From: Theionarchaea archaeon
GTDB taxonomy: Archaea; Methanobacteriota_B; Thermococci; Methanofastidiosales; SZ-28-30
Length of the DNA stretch: 64,000 nucleotides
NCBI GenBank assembly: GCA_018992685.1
Contig: JACVGT010000018.1
Span: forward strand, 128,001-192,000
Reading direction: 5' to 3'
A program made the translations under genes and the position numbers. Position 1 is the first letter of the stretch, and each line of letters begins with the position of its first letter. Under the pieces are notes generated by a model. It saw only the letters and a program-made list of their open reading frames with translations. It ran no database searches and was not told the DNA's origin. This document shows, in pieces, positions 9,681-18,500 of this stretch.

Positions 9681-10889
9681 TCAGTAGACAACAACACGAA
9701 CATGACCTGGAACCAGGGTAATTTTTGCCTGTGCTGTGATCAGATCCTTTCCGAATCCCTGCCTACTCCTGAGCAAATCCTTCAGCAGATCCTCCGCTCT
9801 CACGTACTTTCTGTCAACCATGGCATAGATCCTGTCTCCACACACACCTGCCATTACATGTTTGTGGAGGAACCGCTCACAATGCTCTTTCTCAAATACT
9901 GGAGGACCCATGTGTCTTCTTGAGGGAGGTAACTCAAAGACAGAGAGTTCTATGATGATTCCTCTGTCAAATACGGCTGTATTGAAGACGCGAAACCCCT
10001 GGTGCTCCAGTGTCTTTACCATGTATTCTCTGGTTTTCCTCAATTGAGGGAAAAGAATATCATCTATAACATCTAGTTGAAAATCGATTCTGTACAATTC
10101 AGTTCCTGCTATCCGTGCATAGGATTCCGGTTCTCTGAAAAAATAAGAGGGGTCGGGATTCTTCAGGAATTCTCGAGCATGGTACACCAGTCTGGTAAAA
10201 TTCTCCAGTGACACCACTGCAGCCACATTTCGTTCTGGATCCACTGGGTCTATGAACACCAAAGGTTCAGTGAACTCCTTTGAAGGAGGCACGCCCAGGC
10301 GCAGACAGCATCCCTGCTTTGCAGTGCTCATGTTCTCCAAAACCCTGGTAAAGGTGTCATATTTAATGACAAGAAGCTCACACAAATACCCCGATAACCC
10401 CTGAACCTTGAGATCAGACCCATACACCCCGATAGAACGGGTGAATTTCTTGAGAAGTCTCACCTGGTCTTTGTCATTGAGGTGAGTGAGTACGTACTCT
10501 GTGTGCAAGGGGGTTCTATCAACCGAACTTCTGATCCCTTCTCTGAACCTGTAGGCTGGAACCACATCCACTTCGTATCCTTCAACAAAATTCCTCACAT
10601 ACGGGTGTTCTGCATAGGCGATCTCGTGCTCTCCCAGGACACCGATCTCCAATCCATATGTCTTCAATTCCTTCTCAGAATAGTCATGAGAAAAGACGAG
10701 GAACATATCGACATTCCTATCACCTGAGATCCAGGTGTCTTTGGCCATTGAACCCTGGAGAGAAACCTCCGCATCCAACCCTTTTTCATCAATTCTGTCT
10801 TCCAATATGACTGTACATTCTTTAATTACCTTTTCAACAGCCTTTCGTTCTTCTTCTGTGGGACGAATCTTCTCCAACACTTCTTTCAT
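9681..10889 (-). CDS. cca: Archaeal CCA-adding enzyme
   Basis: GSMAKDTW, YAEHPYV, VDVVPA, SSVDRTPLH, GLSGYLCELL, DPVDPERNVAA. Confidence 0.95.
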   Translation of the reverse strand: MKEVLEKIRPTEEERKAVEKVIKECTVILEDRIDEKGLDAEVSLQGSMAKDTWISGDRNVDMFLVFSHDYSEKELKTYGLEIGVLGEHEIAYAEHPYVRNFVEGYEVDVVPAYRFREGIRSSVDRTPLHTEYVLTHLNDKDQVRLLKKFTRSIGVYGSDLKVQGLSGYLCELLVIKYDTFTRVLENMSTAKQGCCLRLGVPPSKEFTEPLVFIDPVDPERNVAAVVSLENFTRLVYHAREFLKNPDPSYFFREPESYARIAGTELYRIDFQLDVIDDILFPQLRKTREYMVKTLEHQGFRVFNTAVFDRGIIIELSVFELPPSRRHMGPPVFEKEHCERFLHKHVMAGVCGDRIYAMVDRKYVRAEDLLKDLLRSRQGFGKDLITAQAKITLVPGHVRVVVY

Positions 10890-11425
10890 AGCCGAATTTC
10901 CTCTATATCTGTATATATGGGACCTTTCTTCGTTAACTCACTCTTCTTGAGTCGTATGGTGTCCACCATCATGTCTCCCACGCGTACCTCGGCTAGTGCT
11001 TCCACCTGAGTCTTCAGGACTGCCTTATTTCCAGGAAATTTCACCCTTCCTATGGTCAGGTGGGGAACAAGATTTCGTTCCTGCTTGAACCCCAGTCTTC
11101 CCATGCCGGAATCCACCAGTCGGGACAGAGAAAAGAACTCTTCGCTTTCCACGCCCACCCAGACCACTTTCATGTAATCCAAAGAGGGGAAAGCACCCAC
11201 TGTCTTCAAAGTAATGGGAAAGGGCTTGAAGGCACTGCATATCTCTTTGAGTTTGACTGTCACATCGTGCCCTTTCTTTTCAGTGATGTCTCCAAGGAAT
11301 TTCACGGTGAAATGCAGGTTTTCAGGTTCGACAAATTTTATCTTTCCCTCTGTGATATGGGTTTGGATATCAACTACTGTGGGAATCAGCTCTTCTGCCA
11401 GATCCACAGCAATGAAGCTTCTCAT
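10886..11425 (-). CDS. thpR: RNA 2',3'-cyclic phosphodiesterase (2H family)
   Basis: MRSFIAVD, two HxT motifs (LHFTVKFLG, PHLTIGR), GPIY. Confidence 0.93.
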   Translation of the reverse strand: MRSFIAVDLAEELIPTVVDIQTHITEGKIKFVEPENLHFTVKFLGDITEKKGHDVTVKLKEICSAFKPFPITLKTVGAFPSLDYMKVVWVGVESEEFFSLSRLVDSGMGRLGFKQERNLVPHLTIGRVKFPGNKAVLKTQVEALAEVRVGDMMVDTIRLKKSELTKKGPIYTDIEEIRL

Positions 11426-11892
11426 GGAGTCACCTTCTTACACACAGGCATTTTCTCCCAGGGGAATATTATCCATCTGTCAGTTTGGAAGATATAGTAG
11501 TCAGGGTCTACAATGCTCTGGGGTTTCTTGGCAATCACTGCAATGCGCACGTCGCGACAACCCTTCTTCCGGATGTCTTCTTTCACCACCTTCAAAGTTT
11601 TTCCTGTGTCTGCCACATCATCAACAATGAGAATATTCTTGTTCTCTATGGGCTCAGTCAAAGGGACGGTAATCTCAGGTAGCTCTGTATGCTGTTCAAC
11701 ATCAGTATAGAATTTGACGTCCATCACCCGCATGAGAATGTTATCCATGATGTGCGACATTCGCACTGCAGGAATCAGCCCTCCTCTGGCTATTCCCACG
11801 ATAATGTCCACTTTGTAGTCTTTCCTCACGTAATCGGCCAATGTCCAAATCGCTTCATCCACCTTGGACCAGTGCAGGTACTCCTTCTCCAT
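11422..11892 (-). CDS. Type I phosphoribosyltransferase (xanthine/guanine PRT-like)
   Basis: GIARGGLIPA, LIVDDVADTGKT PRPP motif, WIIFPWE. Confidence 0.9.
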   Translation of the reverse strand: MEKEYLHWSKVDEAIWTLADYVRKDYKVDIIVGIARGGLIPAVRMSHIMDNILMRVMDVKFYTDVEQHTELPEITVPLTEPIENKNILIVDDVADTGKTLKVVKEDIRKKGCRDVRIAVIAKKPQSIVDPDYYIFQTDRWIIFPWEKMPVCKKVTP

Positions 11893-12098
11893 GTTCTTTA
11901 GTTATTGGAAGTTCTTAAAAGGTTTTAGGTATATGGGTATATGGGTAAAGAATCGGTCCTATATATCTACTGTACATCAATCCCACGCATGGTCTTTCAG
12001 ATTCGAGAAATATTACGATCCTATCTGAGACATCACTGCAAGATCTGTGCCATCTTCACCGAACCCAAATGAGTGGCCTCCTCATGTTCCTTTCTTAT

Positions 12099-12992
12099 CT
12101 AGTTCTTTCCATAAACCTGTTTTGGCGTGAGGTATTGGGGAAACCGATCCAGTAATTCCAGCCTTCCACAGTAGCAGCAGTGACAGGCATCGACGTACAC
12201 ATCATCATGATCCACCTTGTATTCTCGGAGTAGCTGGGCAGGGCCACCTCGAATAAGCTGCCCGACTACAGGATGAGCATAAGGATCATACTCTTCAAAT
12301 AGCTGATAAAGAGGCGTCTCCCACACATTTCCTATTGATATGCCCTGACAGACGTGCACATTGCCAAAAGGGTCTATATGAACTCTCTTTGGGTCTTCTA
12401 GATCCTCGTAAGGGCATTGATTGAAGTGATGCCACAACCTCTGGGGCAACCCTGTGGCCAGGTTCTCCACAGCCCTCCCCCTGAACATGCAACCACCACC
12501 CACAACAGGTTCTCCTTTTTCTTGGTCTTTGTCCGTCTTCACTGTTGGCTTCTCAATACAGATTGTACTCACAGGGATGCCTGCCATTTCAGCAGCTTCC
12601 ACAGCTGCTTTAGCTGGATTCAATTGATCTTCATAATGGAATGAATCATCACTTACACTCAAATCATAAAGATTGGCTTGAGAGAGTGGAGCCAGCCACA
12701 AAGCTGCATCTTCAACGGATGTTGCCCAGTAGCCGTTCGTTACTACCCCTGCCTTCAGTCCAATGGCATGAGCCATCCGGACGCCTTCCACCAGGAGAGG
12801 AAAGTACAGGAAAGGTTCGCCTCCTTCGAAATATACCTGTTCTAGAGACGTGATTCTCTCCGCATCTTCGAACAGAGTTCTCAACTGCTGCAGCAAGAAC
12901 GTTCCCACAGATTTCGGGCTGCAGTACAGAAAACAATGATCGCATTCAAAATTACACGCATAGGTGAGGAGGATGTGTATCCCTGTTAGCAT
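12099..12992 (-). CDS. Radical SAM protein
   Basis: CNFECDHC CxxxCxxC, EGGEPFL, VVTNGYW, C-terminal SPASM/twitch-like Cys. Start moved to the ATG at 12992. Confidence 0.88.
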   Translation of the reverse strand: MLTGIHILLTYACNFECDHCFLYCSPKSVGTFLLQQLRTLFEDAERITSLEQVYFEGGEPFLYFPLLVEGVRMAHAIGLKAGVVTNGYWATSVEDAALWLAPLSQANLYDLSVSDDSFHYEDQLNPAKAAVEAAEMAGIPVSTICIEKPTVKTDKDQEKGEPVVGGGCMFRGRAVENLATGLPQRLWHHFNQCPYEDLEDPKRVHIDPFGNVHVCQGISIGNVWETPLYQLFEEYDPYAHPVVGQLIRGGPAQLLREYKVDHDDVYVDACHCCYCGRLELLDRFPQYLTPKQVYGKN

Positions 12993-13165
12993 GCACGGTA
13001 ATTCTATGCGGTAAATAAATAAGTATGGGTTAAAGGTTAGAGAACACAACGTCACATTGGCCGATTGTGGGGCTGATTCACCGATTTCCAATTCCCCGCA
13101 TGAGTATACGGAGGAGAACAAAAGCCTTTTAAATGCATGGGGGAGGGAGAACATAGGGTGTTCAC

Positions 13166-14371
13166 ATGGAATGGGAATCTCGCTACTCGGAAAGGGCCAG
13201 AGGAATGAAGGCCTCTGAAATCCGTGAATTGCTCAGGCTAACACAACAACCGGATATCATCTCCTTTGCAGGAGGACTCCCCAGTCCTGAATCGTTTCCT
13301 ACTGTGGATATTGCAGAGGTTACGACACACATCATGCTCACTGCTGCTGAAGAAGCACTGCAATATGGTACAACTGAAGGATACAATCGACTGAGGGAAT
13401 ACTGCGCGTATTGGTCGAAAAAAGAAGGCATTGAGGCAACTATGGACAATGTAGTCATCACCAGTGGGTCTCAACAGGGCTTGGACATCGTATCAAAGAT
13501 ACTGCTTGATCCCAATGACGTGGTCATTGTGGAAGCTCCCAGCTACCTGGGAGGACTGGGAGCCATACGGGCATACCAGGCCTCGTTTACTGCGGTGAAG
13601 ATGGATGACGAAGGACTGATGATGGACCAGCTGGAGGATACCATCAAGAAGATGAACCATCCTCCCAAGCTGGTATACACCGTACCCACCTTCCAGAACC
13701 CTGCTGGAGTGACCATGATCGAGAAGAGGCGGAAGAAACTGGTGGACTTGGCCCATGACTACGATTTCGTTATCATGGAAGATAATCCGTATGGAGATCT
13801 CCGATATTCTGGTGATCCTGTGAAGGCAATCAAAGCATTCGATGATGAGGGGAGAGTAATCTACACGTCCACCTTCTCCAAGATTTTCTCACCCGGAATG
13901 CGATTGGCCTGGATTATCGGGCACGAGACGTTCATTCGAAAATTCGTCATTGCAAAACAGAGTACTGATCTGTGTACCAATTCCTTTGTGCAGCGTATTC
14001 TCTATGAGTACTGTCGCAGGGATCTAATCGAGAACCATATCAACAAGATCAGGGAAATCTATCGAGAGAAACGAGATGTCATGCTGGAGAGTCTGGAAGA
14101 GTACTTCCCTGAAGGATGCTCATGGACAAGACCTGATGGAGGTCTGTTCTTGTGGGCCAGGGTTCCAGAATACATCGACACCAAGGTCATGATCGGAGAA
14201 GCCATCAAAGAAAGGGTGGCCTATGTTCACGGCGCAGCCTTCTTCGTGGACGGATCAGGGACCAATACCATGCGGTTGTGTTTTTCATATGCATCAAACG
14301 AAAAGATCAGGGAGGGGATAAAACGGCTCGGAAGGGTCATTGAAAAGGAGATAAAGGCCCATAAAGCCTGA
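13166..14371 (+). CDS. PLP-dependent aminotransferase class I/II (aromatic/2-aminoadipate type)
   Basis: ISFAGGLP, TSGSQQGL, FQNPAG, EDNPY, STFSKIFSPGMRLAW. Confidence 0.93.
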   Translation: MEWESRYSERARGMKASEIRELLRLTQQPDIISFAGGLPSPESFPTVDIAEVTTHIMLTAAEEALQYGTTEGYNRLREYCAYWSKKEGIEATMDNVVITSGSQQGLDIVSKILLDPNDVVIVEAPSYLGGLGAIRAYQASFTAVKMDDEGLMMDQLEDTIKKMNHPPKLVYTVPTFQNPAGVTMIEKRRKKLVDLAHDYDFVIMEDNPYGDLRYSGDPVKAIKAFDDEGRVIYTSTFSKIFSPGMRLAWIIGHETFIRKFVIAKQSTDLCTNSFVQRILYEYCRRDLIENHINKIREIYREKRDVMLESLEEYFPEGCSWTRPDGGLFLWARVPEYIDTKVMIGEAIKERVAYVHGAAFFVDGSGTNTMRLCFSYASNEKIREGIKRLGRVIEKEIKAHKA

Positions 14372-14400
14372 TCTTTTATTTTTTACTTTATTTCCTTCTA
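14372..14400 (+). terminator. Putative archaeal poly(T) terminator between convergent genes
   Basis: TCTTTTATTTTTTACTTTTATTTCCTTCT directly after the aminotransferase stop. Confidence 0.5.
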
Positions 14401-14417
14401 TGTCAAACTGTTACTGA

Positions 14418-17042
14418 TCATTCTTTTTCCTTGATACCCTGAGAGAAATCAGAAGTCCCTCCCCCTCTCCCATACTTCTTGATGAGTTCATTGGCTTTGT
14501 ATCCCTTCTCCACAGCTTTTTTACCACAGAAGACCACCAGATCACCTTTTTCATTGTGAAGGATTACTACCCCATTATCACACACCAGGCTGAGCCCGGT
14601 TTCCCGCAACACATCTCTGTCCCCTTCCACCTCTTCTTCCAGAAAGAGAATATCCCCTTCTTCTGTGAAGCACTCGTTGAGTCGTATTTTCCGTATCTGA
14701 GACAATTCTCGCTTCAAAGTATCAATCTCCTTTGACTTCATCTTCCATTCATCAAAGAAGCGCTGAGCAGTTTTCACCACCTGCGATTTTTCAACCCGGA
14801 GAATCTCCCCTATTTCCCGCAGCATATCTGCATCTTCTTGCACACATTTCAAAGCTGTCAATCCTGCAGTGAATTCCAGCCGCAAAACGGCATCCGATAT
14901 CTTTTCAAAGTTCACAATCTTAATAAACCCTACTTCACTGGTGCTGTCTGCATGGGTTCCCCCACAAGCTTCCACGTCAAACCCAGAAATGTTCAATACC
15001 CGCAAGACTTTTCCCGGTACAGCACCTCCCTGGTATAACCTGAACCCGTACTCTCTTTCCGCTTCATTGCGAAAAAGGAACATCTTCTGAATGTGGATTC
15101 CCTTGAGAACCATGTCGTTGGCAATCTTCTCTATCAGGTGAAGCTCCTGTGAAGTCAGGGTTTCGTAGTGTGTAACATCCAGTCTCCCACATGATTCCGA
15201 TATATGAGAACCTGCTTGCCACACGTGGTTACCCAGGACCTTGCGACAGGCTCCGTTGATTAGATGGGCTGCTGTATGGTGTCTCGTAAGCGTATCCCTT
15301 CTTTCTCCATTGATTCTACAAGAAACAGATTTTCCTTTCTTAATGGTTCCTTCCTTCAGACGATGAACTACAGTTTTTCCTTCCTTGAACACATCAACGA
15401 CTTCTCTATCATCAATCCATCCTGTATCATGTTCCTGACCGCCTCCTTCGGGATAGAATGCGGTTTTGTCCAGGACAACAAGTGTGTCGCAGCTGTCTAT
15501 GACGGTGGCAGTGAATTCCCTCATCTTCTCGTTCTCATAGTACAGGGGTTCTGTTTCATAGGGCGGAAATACTGCAGGCTCCTGTTCACATATGGGGGCA
15601 GCCTTCTCGACTTCTTCAAACCGCGGTATGGAGAATGAAATCCCTGCTTCCTGGGCTGCTTTCTCCAGCAACTCTGGATTGACGCCGTGAGATTGGTACA
15701 ATTCTGCCAGTTTATGATGAGTAATCTTCTTTGAGGAAAGTGCCTTTTCAAGTTCTTTTTCCACTTTTATGCGTGCCTTCCTGTATTTTCTCTTCTCCAC
15801 ATCTATAATTTTGTAGATATCCTCCAGGTTTTCAGTCAATTCAGGAAATTGCGGCTTCAAATACCGGGCATGTTCTTCAAATACGTTCTCCAGGGAAATA
15901 TCCCAGCCGTATGTTTGAATGAAGTTCAGGCATCGCCTCAGTAAAGCACGGAGGTTATATCCTCCCCCAATATTTGAAGGGAGGGCGCCATCATTAAGGG
16001 CAACTAAAAGTCCCCTCGTATGCTCTCCAATAGAGTATAAAGCTGCCTGATTTTCAACTCTCTTTCTGAGAAATTCTGGGTCAACTTCTAAAATGCGAGC
16101 CGTGTGATTCCATGCTTGGTTCACGTCATCAATTTCATCTATATTAAATAATCCCGCATAGGGAGCGAATTTATCCATTAATGGACGATCAGGCTTGAAC
16201 CCCGTCATCTTGTACAACATGTCCATGACAGTGGGGAAAACAGCATCGTACGATGTTGACAGCCCGGAGCAAAACCATGTGTTTCGTTCCTGACCCATCC
16301 CCATGTCCAGCACCTTGAGGTTCAATTCATCATACCCTGATTCAGTCAGGGTATACAACATGTATACCTGATTTCCCAGTTCCAGTCCCCCTGAGAAATA
16401 CTCCATACAGGCTCCTCCATTTCCTCCTCCTGCCCAGCCGTCCTCATGAAAGATTATCTCATCTTGGGGGATTCTCAGTCCTTGCGTCAGCCAGGAATAG
16501 ATGTGATCAAGATATTCATTCTGATCATAGGCTTCGGGGGGTTCAAAGGCATGCTGCCCGATCATGACAAATCCTGTGTAGTGGATGCCAGTAATTCCAA
16601 CATTTTCCACATCCACAAATCGCAAGGAAAACTGGGGCACAACTAACGGATTGGCAGGAGGATCGACAGCACCTGATACCACATGGGGCTGGAAATCGTA
16701 GATTGAGGCCTGCACAAAATCGGTATCATCCCTCCACCTGGCTACCACTGGATATCTTTGGATGGGCGTATACCCAAACTTCTCAAACATGGCGCTGAAC
16801 TCATCCCATACTTCAGTGTACGTAAGAGAACGGTAAGGAGTTCTGCCCACAAACTGGAAGGTGCCCTGGCATTGAGGGTCTCCGCACACTGCTCTTTCAC
16901 ATGTGCTCCAGAAGTACTTGCCGCACCTTGTGCACTGGTGCCTGGAAAACCCTAAATTCCTCAGCGTTTCCACTCCGAAGTACCTTTCCGGCTGGTTGGA
17001 TGCAACCTGTCTAAACATCTCCTTGGTCTTCTTCACATCCAT
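14418..17042 (-). CDS. alaS: Alanine--tRNA ligase (archaeal type)
   Basis: N-terminal Zn motif, RYPVVARWRDD, ELGNQV, FYPEGGGQ, HTAAH...CGGTH editing domain, C-terminal GGG. Confidence 0.97.
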   Translation of the reverse strand: MDVKKTKEMFRQVASNQPERYFGVETLRNLGFSRHQCTRCGKYFWSTCERAVCGDPQCQGTFQFVGRTPYRSLTYTEVWDEFSAMFEKFGYTPIQRYPVVARWRDDTDFVQASIYDFQPHVVSGAVDPPANPLVVPQFSLRFVDVENVGITGIHYTGFVMIGQHAFEPPEAYDQNEYLDHIYSWLTQGLRIPQDEIIFHEDGWAGGGNGGACMEYFSGGLELGNQVYMLYTLTESGYDELNLKVLDMGMGQERNTWFCSGLSTSYDAVFPTVMDMLYKMTGFKPDRPLMDKFAPYAGLFNIDEIDDVNQAWNHTARILEVDPEFLRKRVENQAALYSIGEHTRGLLVALNDGALPSNIGGGYNLRALLRRCLNFIQTYGWDISLENVFEEHARYLKPQFPELTENLEDIYKIIDVEKRKYRKARIKVEKELEKALSSKKITHHKLAELYQSHGVNPELLEKAAQEAGISFSIPRFEEVEKAAPICEQEPAVFPPYETEPLYYENEKMREFTATVIDSCDTLVVLDKTAFYPEGGGQEHDTGWIDDREVVDVFKEGKTVVHRLKEGTIKKGKSVSCRINGERRDTLTRHHTAAHLINGACRKVLGNHVWQAGSHISESCGRLDVTHYETLTSQELHLIEKIANDMVLKGIHIQKMFLFRNEAEREYGFRLYQGGAVPGKVLRVLNISGFDVEACGGTHADSTSEVGFIKIVNFEKISDAVLRLEFTAGLTALKCVQEDADMLREIGEILRVEKSQVVKTAQRFFDEWKMKSKEIDTLKRELSQIRKIRLNECFTEEGDILFLEEEVEGDRDVLRETGLSLVCDNGVVILHNEKGDLVVFCGKKAVEKGYKANELIKKYGRGGGTSDFSQGIKEKE

Positions 17043-17232
17043 TAATTCTCATTTCTTCACCCATTTTTATATCTATGGGATAACCGGTGTGGAGGCATTC
17101 ATGAATCGGCACAAAGAGTGACAAGAATCAATTGACTATCCAGCCAGCAATTATTTAACTACTACAGGTATAGTAAATTTAGAGGTTGTCACCCTCTCAA
17201 CTCAGCATATATGGAATTTGGATGGTGATTGA

Positions 17233-18405
17233 ATGAAGGGATTTTCATCCAGAAGTATACTTGCAATACTGGTGGCAGCATGTATAGTGACCGGGTGCAT
17301 AGATTCCTTCCGGGAACACGAAAAAGAAAAAAACTTCGTACTCGTAGAAGAGTATCCTGGAGTATGTCTGACGAACGATCTGACTGCCCTGCCCCTGGCA
17401 ACATCAGGACATGATGTCTATGTTATCGGAGAGCTTCATGGCACGCGAGAAATACATCTCCTGTTTGTTACATACCTGAAAATGCTTCACGAGACATGTG
17501 GTCTGCGCGATGTCATTATGGAAGTCAACCAGCATGCAGAAGAAGAGGCCAATGCCTATGCTGTGGGGGAACTTGAAGAATTTCCCGCAACAATATGGAA
17601 CAGGCCTGACAGATTTGACGTTCTTGAATACATCAGGGAAATGAATGAGGGGTTACCCGACAAGGGAAAGATCAGGGTACATCTCGTGGACCTAGATATC
17701 GCCCCTCAGGGTGTTGAGCCGTATACCTACTTCTACATGCATCTGGTGGAGCTCAGAGAAGAACTGAAGGCTGAATCCATCAATATTCCCCCCGTACAGG
17801 AGTTTGCACAATGGGATGAAACTGAAATGCTTGAAGTAGTGGAAGCCCTCGAAAAGGAAACGGAGGATGAGAAAGTTCTCAATGAACTACGGACAGTGCG
17901 GACTTCAATCAAATTCAAAAGCGGACAAAATGACTTTGATCTCCGTGAGGAAGCTATAGCCCAAAACATCCAAAACGTTTTGAAAGAAGTGGATCGTGCA
18001 CCATTACTGGCACTGTATGGTCGCTACCATTCATTCAAGGTAAGGGGCACCTATTCCTGGGGTGATCCGTGGGTGGATCGCCTGAGAGATTCAGGAACAT
18101 CAGTGTATTCAGTGAGCGTGACAGCAGCATCGGGAGAGTATTGGCTCGATTACCACGTGTTTGACGCCGGTGCTGAAGGGTTCTATATGGATGACGTGCT
18201 CCTGGAAAAAGACACTCCGCTGAAAGCGCTTTTTGACATATGGGCAGACTATGAGATTGCATATGTGGATCTTCATACAATTACGTACCTGGTGGTACCG
18301 TGGCAGGCAAGTGGCCACTGTCCTTTGGAATGCGGTACCAGTCTCTCAGAAGCGTTTGATGGGATAGTACTGTTCAAAGAGGTGAGCCCCAGTAGGACCT
18401 CATAA
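17233..18405 (+). CDS. Putative lipoprotein, erythromycin-esterase/ChaN/TIKI-like fold
   Basis: Signal peptide with lipobox-like IVTGC; VIGELHGT, VIME, REEAIAQNI, LYGRYH, FDGIV. Confidence 0.6.
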   Translation: MKGFSSRSILAILVAACIVTGCIDSFREHEKEKNFVLVEEYPGVCLTNDLTALPLATSGHDVYVIGELHGTREIHLLFVTYLKMLHETCGLRDVIMEVNQHAEEEANAYAVGELEEFPATIWNRPDRFDVLEYIREMNEGLPDKGKIRVHLVDLDIAPQGVEPYTYFYMHLVELREELKAESINIPPVQEFAQWDETEMLEVVEALEKETEDEKVLNELRTVRTSIKFKSGQNDFDLREEAIAQNIQNVLKEVDRAPLLALYGRYHSFKVRGTYSWGDPWVDRLRDSGTSVYSVSVTAASGEYWLDYHVFDAGAEGFYMDDVLLEKDTPLKALFDIWADYEIAYVDLHTITYLVVPWQASGHCPLECGTSLSEAFDGIVLFKEVSPSRTS

Positions 18406-18500
18406 ACCGAATGGCGCTGGTGATCCTCATCTGAAAGGGGATCCAGGTATTCCAGATCTGGTATCACAACCCATATAAACGTGCTGGAGCCACAACTATC

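Noticed and set aside
11927-11946. Short GGTATATG tandem repeat
   Set aside because: There are only about two and a half units in a promoter region, consistent with chance or slippage.
12993-13154. N-terminal extension of the radical SAM ORF
   Set aside because: It covers the divergent promoter region with TATA-like elements; the ATG at 12992 fits the family start.
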